Assembly (NCBI GenBank): GCA_030750665.1
Contig: JASMHR010000002.1
Location: 1-58,922 of the forward strand
Length of the DNA stretch: 58,922 bases
Direction: 5' to 3'
Source of the DNA: Candidatus Poseidoniaceae archaeon
GTDB lineage: Archaea; Thermoplasmatota; Poseidoniia; Poseidoniales; Poseidoniaceae
The translations under genes and the position numbers were made by a program. This document shows, in pieces, positions 17,824 to 26,552 of the stretch (the stretch's first letter is position 1; every line of letters begins with the position of its first letter). Under the pieces are notes generated by a model, which was not told the origin of the DNA, made no database searches, and saw nothing but the letters and a program-made list of their open reading frames with translations.

Positions 17824-20800
17824 GTGTCAAGAACAGAGGGCGGGAATGCCGACTTCAATACGCTGGCGCAATGGCTGATACCTAGACGCCGTAAGGTGCA
17901 CATCGCCATCTTCTTGTTGACAATATTGATGATTCCCGGCGCTCTAACTGCTTTGGAACCAATCGATATGGAGTCCTATGAATTGGATTCTCCAGAAATC
18001 CTTGCTCAAGAGGTCATCAATGAAGAATTCGCCGCTACTGAACACGTGATGGGGCTCGCTCTAGCGGTCCGAAACCCTGCTTTGGTGAAAGAGGATTTTA
18101 CTCCTGTTCCATTGATGGCGGGTGGCTCCCCTGATGTCACCAATAATCCTTCAGTCTCTGAAATGGCTGAGTATCAAGGAAAAGGAATTGGAATAGAGGA
18201 GCCTGCTGGTGGAATCCTCAACTTGACCGTGCTGAGAGAAATAGATCTGAAGGCTGAGACCGCCCGTAACCATGCCCTAGGCTCTTACCTGAAACCTCTG
18301 ATCGATGATGTGACTGGAGGACAGACCGATGGCGTGTTGACCATCGCCGATATCTTCCGTAACTTCATGTCAAATGATTCCATACTCACTCGTGATGGAT
18401 TTTCTCCTTGGGGCCCAATTCCTGCAGCCACCAACTGGTCAGATTGCGGAGAGTATCAATGCCTTTCGTTCGATGATGAAAATCTGACTCAGATACACAT
18501 CGACATCGCTGCTGCTAGAATGGCGGCTAATTCAGATGGTGATTTTCTCAGATGGATGTCTTTGGACCGCGCTTTCATGGAAGACGCTCTCTCTCCAGTC
18601 ATTGGTCCTGATGGAATGAACGGCCGCTGGAGTGCAACTTCTTCATGGCTGTTAGTACAATTCGATAAATCGGGAATGGAAGAAGCTGGATGGACCTTCA
18701 TCTGGAAGGAATCCAAACAATTGAGTGGCATCGGATTCGACGAGGGAGAACTCAATATTGGTGGTTATCGACTGGTTGATGGTGAATTTGAACTGAAGGC
18801 TCCACATTACAATACCAGTATCTGTGAACAAATGACCCAACCTTGTTCTGCAGAATGGTCGATGATGCACCTTGAAGGAGTCATCAGGACCACCGATAAC
18901 CATGTTGTCACCTTGTCATTGGCTGAAGGAGTCAACATCGAAGTGAACAGAGAGATTCAATCCTCATTCTGGCTCATCATTCTGATGGGATTGGCAATAA
19001 TGATACTACTATGGGCGAGTCTGCGTAGAATCACTGATGTGGCCATTGTCGGCTGTGCACTGGTGCTTTCTCTACTATGGATGCAAGGGGCTATTGGGCA
19101 TGTGTCTTCACTTGGCGATGCGCTTGGCTTCTCTCTGATACATCGCAGTCAATTCTCGAACCTACTCCCTATTCTCATTCTAGCGCTGGGCATCGACGAC
19201 AGTCTACACGCCTTACATCGTTACAAAGAGGAGCGCACCGCAGGACAGGTGCCAAAGAAAGCCGCTGAAGTGACGGTTGCAAAAGTGGGGAGGGCTATCA
19301 TGCTCACCTCAATAACAACAATCGCTGCATTTGCCTCCAATCTATTCTCAGATATCGCTGCTCTAAGGTCATTCGGTCTTGAAGCCGGTTTGGGAGTTGC
19401 GTGTGCGTTCATCCTGACTGGAATCTGGGCGCCATTGGTAAGATTGTCACTCGATGAATGGATGGATAAGAAACAACGCCTTGTTGAAGAAAGATCTGGG
19501 CAACTTCATCTTGTTCCAAAATCCTGGCTAAAATGGGTTGCAGTCAGTTCTGCAGCAAAACCAAACCGATTCGTGATTGCAGGACTTGCCCTTCTAGTGA
19601 CCATTCCTGCCGGATTGGGAATGGCCAATCTGGAAGGTGATTTCAGAGTCGAGGATTTCCTCGATGAATCTTCAGATTTCGCGTTCGGAGTCAACCTTGT
19701 TGCAGAACGATTTACCGAAGAAGGTGAACCTGCGGCAATTCTGATCGAAGGCGATGTTGCCGATCCGCGAGTCTTTGCAGCCATTGAAGAAGTTCGGAGT
19801 AATATGAATGATACAAAAAATGGACTGGATTCAAAGATTGCTAGAATTCCCAATGGGAAGGTGGATATCAACGCTGTAGATGAAGTGATATGGCTCGCAG
19901 TTGCATCTTTAGCGGAAAATTCAACTCCATTCGAAACAATGGGATGGAATTCATCAGCACCTGAGAATGGAGTAGGGTGCCCTTCCGCTGGTGGATTCAT
20001 CCCAACACCGGATCTGACGCAGAAAGGCTGCCTTTTGTTCTTCTATGGTTTCACCAGCCAATTCGGGGTGCCTGCAAGCAACACTGTACCTGGAATCCCG
20101 GCCTCCGTGGTGACTCTCTTCATCTATCCTGAAGAGGAACTTGACCTCACAAGACCTTGGCTGACAATTAATGGAGAACAACCAACCTATCCAAGGATGT
20201 TGTTGAGATTCGGAATCACACAGCCGGAAGATTTCCCCTCCATGCAACCAGCACTCGATGAACTAGAGAAAGATTTGAGTCCATTTGCAAATCTTTCCGC
20301 TGCAGATTCGGCTCGGCAGAGACTGGACTCACACAGTGAGGAGGAACCTGTCTCTTGGGTGATGTGGACTGAACGCCCAATCACTCGTTTTGTCGCTGCA
20401 AGTTCGATGCAAAATGAGATGCAATCTAGTCTCTTGCTGGGAATCATCTTCGTCATCGGTGTACTTTGGTGGGGATTCCGTTCACTATCACAGGCCCTGT
20501 TGACAACCATTCCAATCCTTTTGGTGGTTGTCTGGTTATATGGCCTGGTCTATCTATTTGGATACAGCCTGAATCTTGTCACCGTAGCTATCGCTGCCAT
20601 CTCTCTAGGAGTTGGTATCGATTATTGCATTCATGTCACTGAACGATATCGGGAAGAGCGTTTCAAAGGCGCCGATAAGCGTGCTTCATTATTGGCCGTA
20701 GGTGGAGCAAGTGGGTTGGCATTAGTGGGAAGTGCCGCCAGTGATGCCACCGGTTTCCTCATCATTTCCCTCTCTCCAATGGGCTTGTTCTCCTCGTTTG

Positions 20801-20907
20801 GGCTGTTCAGTGCCATGATGATTCTGTTGTCATTGTTAGCGAGCATGGTTCTGACCACCGCTGCCCTTGGCCTAGTTGCTAAATCCGAGCAATCTGAAGA
20901 AGAGTAG
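17824..20907 (+). CDS. RND-superfamily / MMPL-type membrane transporter with large extracytoplasmic domains
   Basis: 1027 aa with two 5-6-helix bundles, each preceded by a large soluble loop. Motifs LALGIDDSLHALHRYKEE and LGVGIDYCIHVTERYREE. Confidence 0.8.
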   Translation: MSRTEGGNADFNTLAQWLIPRRRKVHIAIFLLTILMIPGALTALEPIDMESYELDSPEILAQEVINEEFAATEHVMGLALAVRNPALVKEDFTPVPLMAGGSPDVTNNPSVSEMAEYQGKGIGIEEPAGGILNLTVLREIDLKAETARNHALGSYLKPLIDDVTGGQTDGVLTIADIFRNFMSNDSILTRDGFSPWGPIPAATNWSDCGEYQCLSFDDENLTQIHIDIAAARMAANSDGDFLRWMSLDRAFMEDALSPVIGPDGMNGRWSATSSWLLVQFDKSGMEEAGWTFIWKESKQLSGIGFDEGELNIGGYRLVDGEFELKAPHYNTSICEQMTQPCSAEWSMMHLEGVIRTTDNHVVTLSLAEGVNIEVNREIQSSFWLIILMGLAIMILLWASLRRITDVAIVGCALVLSLLWMQGAIGHVSSLGDALGFSLIHRSQFSNLLPILILALGIDDSLHALHRYKEERTAGQVPKKAAEVTVAKVGRAIMLTSITTIAAFASNLFSDIAALRSFGLEAGLGVACAFILTGIWAPLVRLSLDEWMDKKQRLVEERSGQLHLVPKSWLKWVAVSSAAKPNRFVIAGLALLVTIPAGLGMANLEGDFRVEDFLDESSDFAFGVNLVAERFTEEGEPAAILIEGDVADPRVFAAIEEVRSNMNDTKNGLDSKIARIPNGKVDINAVDEVIWLAVASLAENSTPFETMGWNSSAPENGVGCPSAGGFIPTPDLTQKGCLLFFYGFTSQFGVPASNTVPGIPASVVTLFIYPEEELDLTRPWLTINGEQPTYPRMLLRFGITQPEDFPSMQPALDELEKDLSPFANLSAADSARQRLDSHSEEEPVSWVMWTERPITRFVAASSMQNEMQSSLLLGIIFVIGVLWWGFRSLSQALLTTIPILLVVVWLYGLVYLFGYSLNLVTVAIAAISLGVGIDYCIHVTERYREERFKGADKRASLLAVGGASGLALVGSAASDATGFLIISLSPMGLFSSFGLFSAMMILLSLLASMVLTTAALGLVAKSEQSEEE

Positions 20908-21043
20908 GTTCTTGAGGGATAGCCATGCCCGTGAACCGTCCTTAGGGGCGATACGGGCACAGGGATTTTCCTGCTCATATATCTCTGGAATCCGAATCGT
21001 GGATTGTTCGTTCCCCCCACAGGACTACCCTCTGGTGAAGAAG

Positions 21044-22582
21044 ATGACCGAAGAAGAAGCCGATGATGATTGGCAGAAATATGCCAGTGGTGGTTTCGGA
21101 AGCACTGATCTCGATCTATGGAGCGACCTGACAGTAGAGATGGAGGAACCGGATGCTGAAGAAGAGTTTGCTCAACTCAACACTCACCTGCAAGAAATCC
21201 CTCCTGCACCAGCCCCTGACGGTCTCAAGCATCTAGTAAGAATAGGAATCTGTGACCACTGTCTTGGTCGCCTTGGTGGGCGCTCGACCATTGGCCGAGA
21301 ACTTGTGGAGATTGGAACTTCACTTCGCCAACAAGTGATAGAGCGAGACAATGACATGGCCGATGCTAGAGAAAAAGAACAGTGGTGTCCATTCTGCGAA
21401 AATCTATTCGCAGAAGCAAAAGTGCTAGCCACCATCATCCTAGAAGGTCTCAAAGGACACGAATTCGACAGGTTACAACTCGGTGCTCAATTTCCAAAGG
21501 ATCAGACCGAGAATGAAGACCATCTTCGCAAGCGTTTCGGGGCATCAGGCTCTGCGCCACTGAAATCATGCTTGATGGATGAAATCACGAAGAATCTCAA
21601 AGAAATGGATTCTGATATTAAACTGGTCAATGAAAAGCCCGAGATAATGGCACTCATCGACCTGCTCACCCTAAATGTGAGTCTTGATGTTCGCAGCCAT
21701 TACATCTATGGAAGATATCTCAAACACGAAAGGGGAATCCCCCAAACCAGATGGCCGTGCCGTTCCTGTAAGGGACGCGGATGCAAGAAATGCGACAATA
21801 CTGGTCAGCAATATCAACACTCAATACAATCTCTGGTTGGAGACCCTTTGTTGAGTATTTACGATTCTCATGACCACGCTTTCCATGGAATGGGAAGAGA
21901 AGATATTGATGTCAGGTGCATGGGTCGCGGTAGGCCATTCGTCATTGAATTGAAGAATCCACTAAGAAGAAAGGTGGACATGAATGAGGTGATGGCCACA
22001 ATCAATGACAATTCGGAAGGGAGGATTGAGGTTCATGCGATGCGTGATTCGCAGCGTTCTGAAGTGGTGAGGGTAAAGGAGACTCCCGCTGAAAAATCAT
22101 ATCGTATCTGTTTCCAGGTGAAGGCGAAGAGCGATGAGGAAGGCAGTGAAGACCTCAATGCTCTGAAGAAAAGCGAACTAGAATCTCTCTGCAGTGAGAA
22201 AGGGCTCAAGAAGAGTGGGACCAAAGCAGTTCTGATTGAACGCTTGAATGATGCCGGAACTACTTCTCATGATGCTGCTTCAATCACAGCCCTCCTCGAG
22301 GGTATGGAAGGGGTGACTCTCAAACAAAGAACACCCAAACGTGTCGCTCACAGACGTGCTGACAAGATTCGTGAGCGAAAGGTCATGGAAGTTTCAAACA
22401 TCAAGGTCAAAATGATTGATGGAGTTCCACAAGTTGAGGTTGACCTACGCTGTGAATCTGGAACTTATGTCAAAGAGACCGTGCACGGAGATGATGGCAG
22501 AACCGTACCCAGTGTTTCCGGCCTTCTTGATGCCCAATGTCATGTACAATGGTTGGATGTCGCAGATATCCATGCGGATTGA
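21044..22582 (+). CDS. pus10: tRNA pseudouridine synthase Pus10 with an inserted SAP-like motif
   Basis: N-terminal Zn-binding CDHC...CPFC, second cluster CRSCKGRGCKKC, catalytic GREDIDVRCMGRGRPFVIEL, and C-terminal QRTPKRVAHRRAD...GTYVKETVHGDDGRTVPS. The ATG at 21044 lies within ORF 20876..22582. Confidence 0.8.
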   Translation: MTEEEADDDWQKYASGGFGSTDLDLWSDLTVEMEEPDAEEEFAQLNTHLQEIPPAPAPDGLKHLVRIGICDHCLGRLGGRSTIGRELVEIGTSLRQQVIERDNDMADAREKEQWCPFCENLFAEAKVLATIILEGLKGHEFDRLQLGAQFPKDQTENEDHLRKRFGASGSAPLKSCLMDEITKNLKEMDSDIKLVNEKPEIMALIDLLTLNVSLDVRSHYIYGRYLKHERGIPQTRWPCRSCKGRGCKKCDNTGQQYQHSIQSLVGDPLLSIYDSHDHAFHGMGREDIDVRCMGRGRPFVIELKNPLRRKVDMNEVMATINDNSEGRIEVHAMRDSQRSEVVRVKETPAEKSYRICFQVKAKSDEEGSEDLNALKKSELESLCSEKGLKKSGTKAVLIERLNDAGTTSHDAASITALLEGMEGVTLKQRTPKRVAHRRADKIRERKVMEVSNIKVKMIDGVPQVEVDLRCESGTYVKETVHGDDGRTVPSVSGLLDAQCHVQWLDVADIHAD

Positions 22583-22612
22583 TGGTTTTCATGTTCGCCT
22601 ACGGCGCATCGG

Positions 22613-22626
22613 CGCGCTTAAATGGG
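22613..22626 (+). promoter_or_regulatory. BRE/TATA-like promoter element upstream of rpl21e
   Basis: CGCGCTTAAATGGG, about 40-50 nt upstream of the rpl21e start. Confidence 0.4.
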
Positions 22627-22664
22627 TCGGGCAGGTCGGCGGGCTGCTCAAGAGAGCATAAGGG

Positions 22665-22964
22665 GTGGCAACCATGAAGAGAAGCAAGGGTCAACGCCAA
22701 GGAACTCGCTATATCCTCAAGCGTAGCAAAACTGAGCGAGGTAGACTGAATATCGCACGAGTGATGCATCAGTACAGCGAAGGAGACCGCGTTGCTGTGG
22801 TTCTTGATGGAGGCGAACAGAAAGGTATGCCACACCGCAGATTCAATGGCCGAAGTGGGCGCATCGCCGGTCAACAAGGCCGAGCTTGGGTTGTGGAACT
22901 CAAGGATGGAAATATGCGAAAGACAGTCGTGGCGAGAGCCGAACATCTACGACCAATCGAATGA
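22665..22964 (+). CDS. rpl21e: 50S ribosomal protein L21e
   Basis: 99-aa basic protein (KRSKGQRQGTRYILKRS..., GMPHRRFNGRSGRI). First gene of the conserved archaeal cluster with rpoF, DUF655 and ksgA. Confidence 0.85.
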   Translation: MATMKRSKGQRQGTRYILKRSKTERGRLNIARVMHQYSEGDRVAVVLDGGEQKGMPHRRFNGRSGRIAGQQGRAWVVELKDGNMRKTVVARAEHLRPIE

Positions 22965-22973
22965 GGTGATTCA

Positions 22974-23333
22974 ATGACTGACGACACGTACCTTGATTTT
23001 GAGACCGTACGAGAGACCTTGATCGATACTCAAGAGCGGAGAGGTTTCTTGACTTACGAACAGAAGTTGGCTCTACAACATGCGGAGTGGGCAGCCAGCG
23101 ATTCCCGAAATGGATACAAGACCGACAGTAAAGTGTTCAAGGACATGGTCACTGAATTCCTTGAAATCGAAAAACTCGCTAAATACCCTGAACTTGCTGC
23201 GAAATTGGCAGAAGTGATGCCAGTTCATCCTGAAGATGTCAGAGCAGTTCTTGCCAGTAGACGAATAGCCGTTGATGCTTCAGAAATCGAACTGATGATA
23301 GACATCGTTCGCAAGCATGTGGGCATCGAATGA
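22974..23333 (+). CDS. rpoF: DNA-directed RNA polymerase subunit F (Rpo4/Rpb4 homologue)
   Basis: 119-aa helical protein in the conserved position after rpl21e. The pattern (LTYEQKLALQHAEW ... AAKLAEVMPVHPEDVRAVLA) resembles archaeal RpoF. Confidence 0.7.
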   Translation: MTDDTYLDFETVRETLIDTQERRGFLTYEQKLALQHAEWAASDSRNGYKTDSKVFKDMVTEFLEIEKLAKYPELAAKLAEVMPVHPEDVRAVLASRRIAVDASEIELMIDIVRKHVGIE

Positions 23334-23361
23334 ACAATACTTACTCCCAGAGGGGAATGTG

Positions 23362-23940
23362 ATGCAGCCACGACGAAATGGACCTGCTCGCGACGATGTC
23401 GATCCGCTTGAGAATGAAGAGTGGGCGCGTGTTCTCGACCATTCCGGTAGCGGAGTCATGTTTGCACTAACAGAGAACAGATTGCATCTCGTTCGTCTGA
23501 GGGAACGTCCTGGTGTTGCCAATCAAGATGTGGGCTCAAGAGTCTACTTCGGTGCTGATCTGAGTAAGCGAGAAATCGTTGCTGAACCATTGGGATTGAC
23601 TCGTTTTCGAGATATGCCCAATCGCGCACAGAGCGATATTGCTGAAGTTATTGCTGAAGTCATCAAGGACCTTCCTGAAGCCTACCTTTCATTCTACAAC
23701 CGCGCAGGGAATCTATCATTGAAGATGCACGCATTCGAACTCTTGCAAGGTGTTGGACCACGCAAAGCAAGAGAGATGGTAGAAGCTCGTGGCAGAAAAG
23801 GGTGGAGTGACCTTGCTGCTCTTGATGAAGCATGTGGAATCAACAGTGCTGAACTCCTAGCCGAACGAATGGCTGAAGAAATTTCTGACAAGAAACTCGA
23901 ACCACGACTGGTGGATCTTCTCCTGCGACAGGAGGAATGA
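23362..23940 (+). CDS. DUF655/COG1491-type predicted nucleic-acid-binding protein (OB-like N-terminus + helix-hairpin-helix)
   Basis: EEWARVLDHSGSG start region, HhH-like LELLQGVGPRKAREMVEAR, and the conserved position between rpoF and ksgA. An alternative ATG at 23317 overlaps rpoF. Confidence 0.65.
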   Translation: MQPRRNGPARDDVDPLENEEWARVLDHSGSGVMFALTENRLHLVRLRERPGVANQDVGSRVYFGADLSKREIVAEPLGLTRFRDMPNRAQSDIAEVIAEVIKDLPEAYLSFYNRAGNLSLKMHAFELLQGVGPRKAREMVEARGRKGWSDLAALDEACGINSAELLAERMAEEISDKKLEPRLVDLLLRQEE

Positions 23941-24869
23941 AGGTGCACCTTCAAAAGACCACTGAGTTGGTCGAATCTCTTCTCTTGAGAAGAGTTGCAG
24001 ACAAGGAACTAGGGCAGCACTTTCTGATAGAAGATTCAATCCTTGAGAGAACGATAGAACTGGCCGGACTCGGTTCTGAAGACCATGTATTGGAAGTGGG
24101 CCCAGGCCCAGGAGTCTTGACTCAACGCTTGTTGGCCACAGGGGCAAAAGTCACTGCCATCGAGATAGATCCAATCGCTTGTGAACATCTTCGTGATTCC
24201 ATACAGCACGAGAACCTGACTCTTATCGAAGGTGATGCATTGAAGGCGAAATTACCCCTCGACCTCAGTGCGGTAGTTGCCAATATTCCATATCAGATCT
24301 CAAGTCCATTAATAGAAAAGTTGTCTCAACATCAACGTCAATATTTTGGCTTAGAGCGTATCGTCATATTACTTCAGGAAGAATTTGCAATACGCCTTTC
24401 AATGAACGCAGGGATTGCGAGCAGGGGTTCACTTGGAATGACTGTCGCTATGGAATGGACTACCCAGATGGACCTCAAGGTTGGGCCTCAGGCATTCAAA
24501 CCACAGCCAAGCATCCACAGTAGGCTGGTAAAATTGGAACCTCACGACCCATTCAAGGAGATGGGGGCTGAAATTCCTGAACCTGACAAACGCCTTGCTA
24601 GACTAATCGTCTCCACCGCTTTTGAAGAGCGACGCAAGAAAATGAGAAATCGCTTGATGCAAGCACCGAAACGAATCGCCCGGGTCAAAGGATGGCACGC
24701 CTCAGGATACCGTGATGTGGCAAAGAAATTGATTGCATCTCCACAAAGAGAAGGGCTGCCTTTGGGTTGGTTGGATGCAAGACCTGAACAACTTGATTTA
24801 TATTTCTGGCTTGCTCTAGCTGGATGGTTACAAGAACTTCATGCCTTGAAAGATGGCAAAGGTGGTTGA
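23937..24869 (+). CDS. ksgA: 16S rRNA (adenine1518/1519-N6)-dimethyltransferase
   Basis: LGQHFLIEDSIL, SAM motif VLEVGPGPGVLTQRL, and ANIPYQISSPLI. ATGA overlap with the upstream gene. Confidence 0.9.
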   Translation: MKVHLQKTTELVESLLLRRVADKELGQHFLIEDSILERTIELAGLGSEDHVLEVGPGPGVLTQRLLATGAKVTAIEIDPIACEHLRDSIQHENLTLIEGDALKAKLPLDLSAVVANIPYQISSPLIEKLSQHQRQYFGLERIVILLQEEFAIRLSMNAGIASRGSLGMTVAMEWTTQMDLKVGPQAFKPQPSIHSRLVKLEPHDPFKEMGAEIPEPDKRLARLIVSTAFEERRKKMRNRLMQAPKRIARVKGWHASGYRDVAKKLIASPQREGLPLGWLDARPEQLDLYFWLALAGWLQELHALKDGKGG

Positions 24870-24914
24870 ACGGGGGGTTCACATAGGCCCCCCCCCTCCG
24901 ATGGAATCGCCCCG

Positions 24915-26012
24915 GTGGGATTCATGGCAAAGAAGGACACCTATCTCGCTCTGCTCCGCAGAGGTATTGACGAAACTACAGCCATGCATCTAGCAGATGC
25001 TGGATTGAAAATTGGTGACCTGAAGAAGATCGATAAACAGAAATTGATCGATAACTACGCCCTCAAGGGCGATATCGCTGAGGGTGTTATTTCAATCATC
25101 AAGGCTGGTCCGCAGACCCATGGTAAGGAGCGTTATCTCTCAAAGGTCTTGGCTCCAGAACGAAAGAAGAAGAGCAAGATTGAGGAACAGAAGTTCCGCC
25201 GTGAACAAAAGGATATTCTGGCTGAGTTAGCCGAACAGAAAGACCGATTGAAGATGGCGAAAGTTGATGCATTCAGAGCACAGAAGTTGGTTATGAATAG
25301 ACTTGGCAAAACAGTTGAGTTGATTGTCAAGTTGGAGAACAACATGCACGATGAATCAAAAGATGACCAGAAGGTAAAGATTCGCGACCAACTTGAGACT
25401 CGAGGATTGGAAGCTGCTCGTGATCACGAGATGCTAGAACTCGAAGGTACTCCACAGGATATCGTCGATTTCCGACGCGTCGTGGTCCCAGCACTGGTTC
25501 TCCATTCCTGTAACGAATGTGGCGAGGAGATGGACCCTCGGTCGAGCCGAAATGTCGAGGACACTGAGAGTTGGTCTTTCATCTGCTGGGAATGTGATAC
25601 TGCATTCACATCACCACTTTGCGATGTTGTTGATGCACGGCTAGAGAATGGCTCAACTATCGTTATCGATGAGGAAAAAGCGCCGCGAGAAGCAGTTCCA
25701 GCAAAACCTGCGAGCAAGGATTTCACTACTGTCAGCGAATTAATCATCAAGGATATGGAGAAAACTGGAGCGACCGCAGACCAGATGGCAGCAGCAACTG
25801 AGGCCAGCAGCCTCTCTGGTGGGCTGATGTCTATCAATGACTGGATTGACCAGACTCTCGCCGCAAAAGGTTACATTCAAGCTCAAGAAGACAGAGAGGA
25901 TTTCATTCTCAGAACCGGTGCTGGTGCAACTAAATTCAACAAGTGGATGAAGAAAGCAGGCCTGTATTTCAACAAACAGACTGGACGTTGGACACGATAC
26001 GAAGATCGATGA
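24915..26012 (+). CDS. Hypothetical protein with an HhH-like N-terminus, a Lys/Glu coiled coil and a CxxC...CxxC zinc ribbon
   Basis: 365-aa ORF with DETTAMHLADAGLKIGDL, a long charged helix (KKKSKIEEQKFRREQKDILAELAEQKDRLK), and CNECGEEM...CWECDTAF. Confidence 0.5.
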   Translation: MGFMAKKDTYLALLRRGIDETTAMHLADAGLKIGDLKKIDKQKLIDNYALKGDIAEGVISIIKAGPQTHGKERYLSKVLAPERKKKSKIEEQKFRREQKDILAELAEQKDRLKMAKVDAFRAQKLVMNRLGKTVELIVKLENNMHDESKDDQKVKIRDQLETRGLEAARDHEMLELEGTPQDIVDFRRVVVPALVLHSCNECGEEMDPRSSRNVEDTESWSFICWECDTAFTSPLCDVVDARLENGSTIVIDEEKAPREAVPAKPASKDFTTVSELIIKDMEKTGATADQMAAATEASSLSGGLMSINDWIDQTLAAKGYIQAQEDREDFILRTGAGATKFNKWMKKAGLYFNKQTGRWTRYEDR

Positions 26013-26021
26013 GGGTTTCAA

Positions 26022-26312
26022 GTGCCATTCGTGGTCCGATTCTTCAAAGGAAATCTGTTGTTAGGAAGCGCTCATGTTGATATGAAATCAACTTTGATTG
26101 AATTGGCAGAAGAAGCAGGCGTGAAAATTCCCACAAATTGCACATCAGGAACATGTGGAACCTGTATGGTGAAACTGTTGGAAGGAGAAGTCCCCTTGAC
26201 TGACCCACTGCCATCAGGTCTGGACGAATATCTTGTCGAACAATGTGCTCGTTTATCCTGTATTGGAATCCCAATTGGTGAAACATCTGTAGACTTAACT
26301 CCGCCATTGTGA
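26022..26312 (+). CDS. 2Fe-2S ferredoxin (plant-type fold)
   Basis: CTSGTCGTCMVKLLEGEV (C-x4-C-x2-C) plus a distal Cys in ARLSCIG. Confidence 0.7.
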   Translation: MPFVVRFFKGNLLLGSAHVDMKSTLIELAEEAGVKIPTNCTSGTCGTCMVKLLEGEVPLTDPLPSGLDEYLVEQCARLSCIGIPIGETSVDLTPPL

Positions 26313-26337
26313 AGTCTACAAGCCCCCTCCAGTGTGC

Positions 26338-26499
26338 ATGGGCATCGCTGACTGGGGGGCCGTGGAATGGGGCCTTTTCGCCTTCAACCTGGCTGCAGTC
26401 GCGCTCATCATTTGGGCGATTCGCAAGAAGATTGTCTCAAAATTGTCTGAAGTGGAAGAACGCCATAATCGTAGTACTGAAAGGCGGAAATCGGAATAA
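26338..26499 (+). CDS. Small single-pass membrane protein (hypothetical, 53 aa)
   Basis: ATG ORF below the track cutoff: MGIADWGAVEWGLFAFNLAAVALIIWAIRKKIVSKLSEVEERHNRSTERRKSE. It is more protein-like than the overlapping 74-aa ORF at 26309..26533. Confidence 0.3.
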   Translation: MGIADWGAVEWGLFAFNLAAVALIIWAIRKKIVSKLSEVEERHNRSTERRKSE

Positions 26500-26552
26500 G
26501 GTGAAATCTCTGATTATCGAAGCATTTGAATGAATGATGGCGACGGCCGGCC

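Noticed and set aside
26309-26533. 74-aa ORF after the ferredoxin gene
   Set aside because: Its composition is unconvincing. An alternative 53-aa ATG ORF in another frame (26338..26499) encodes a clean single-pass membrane peptide. Both are low-confidence.
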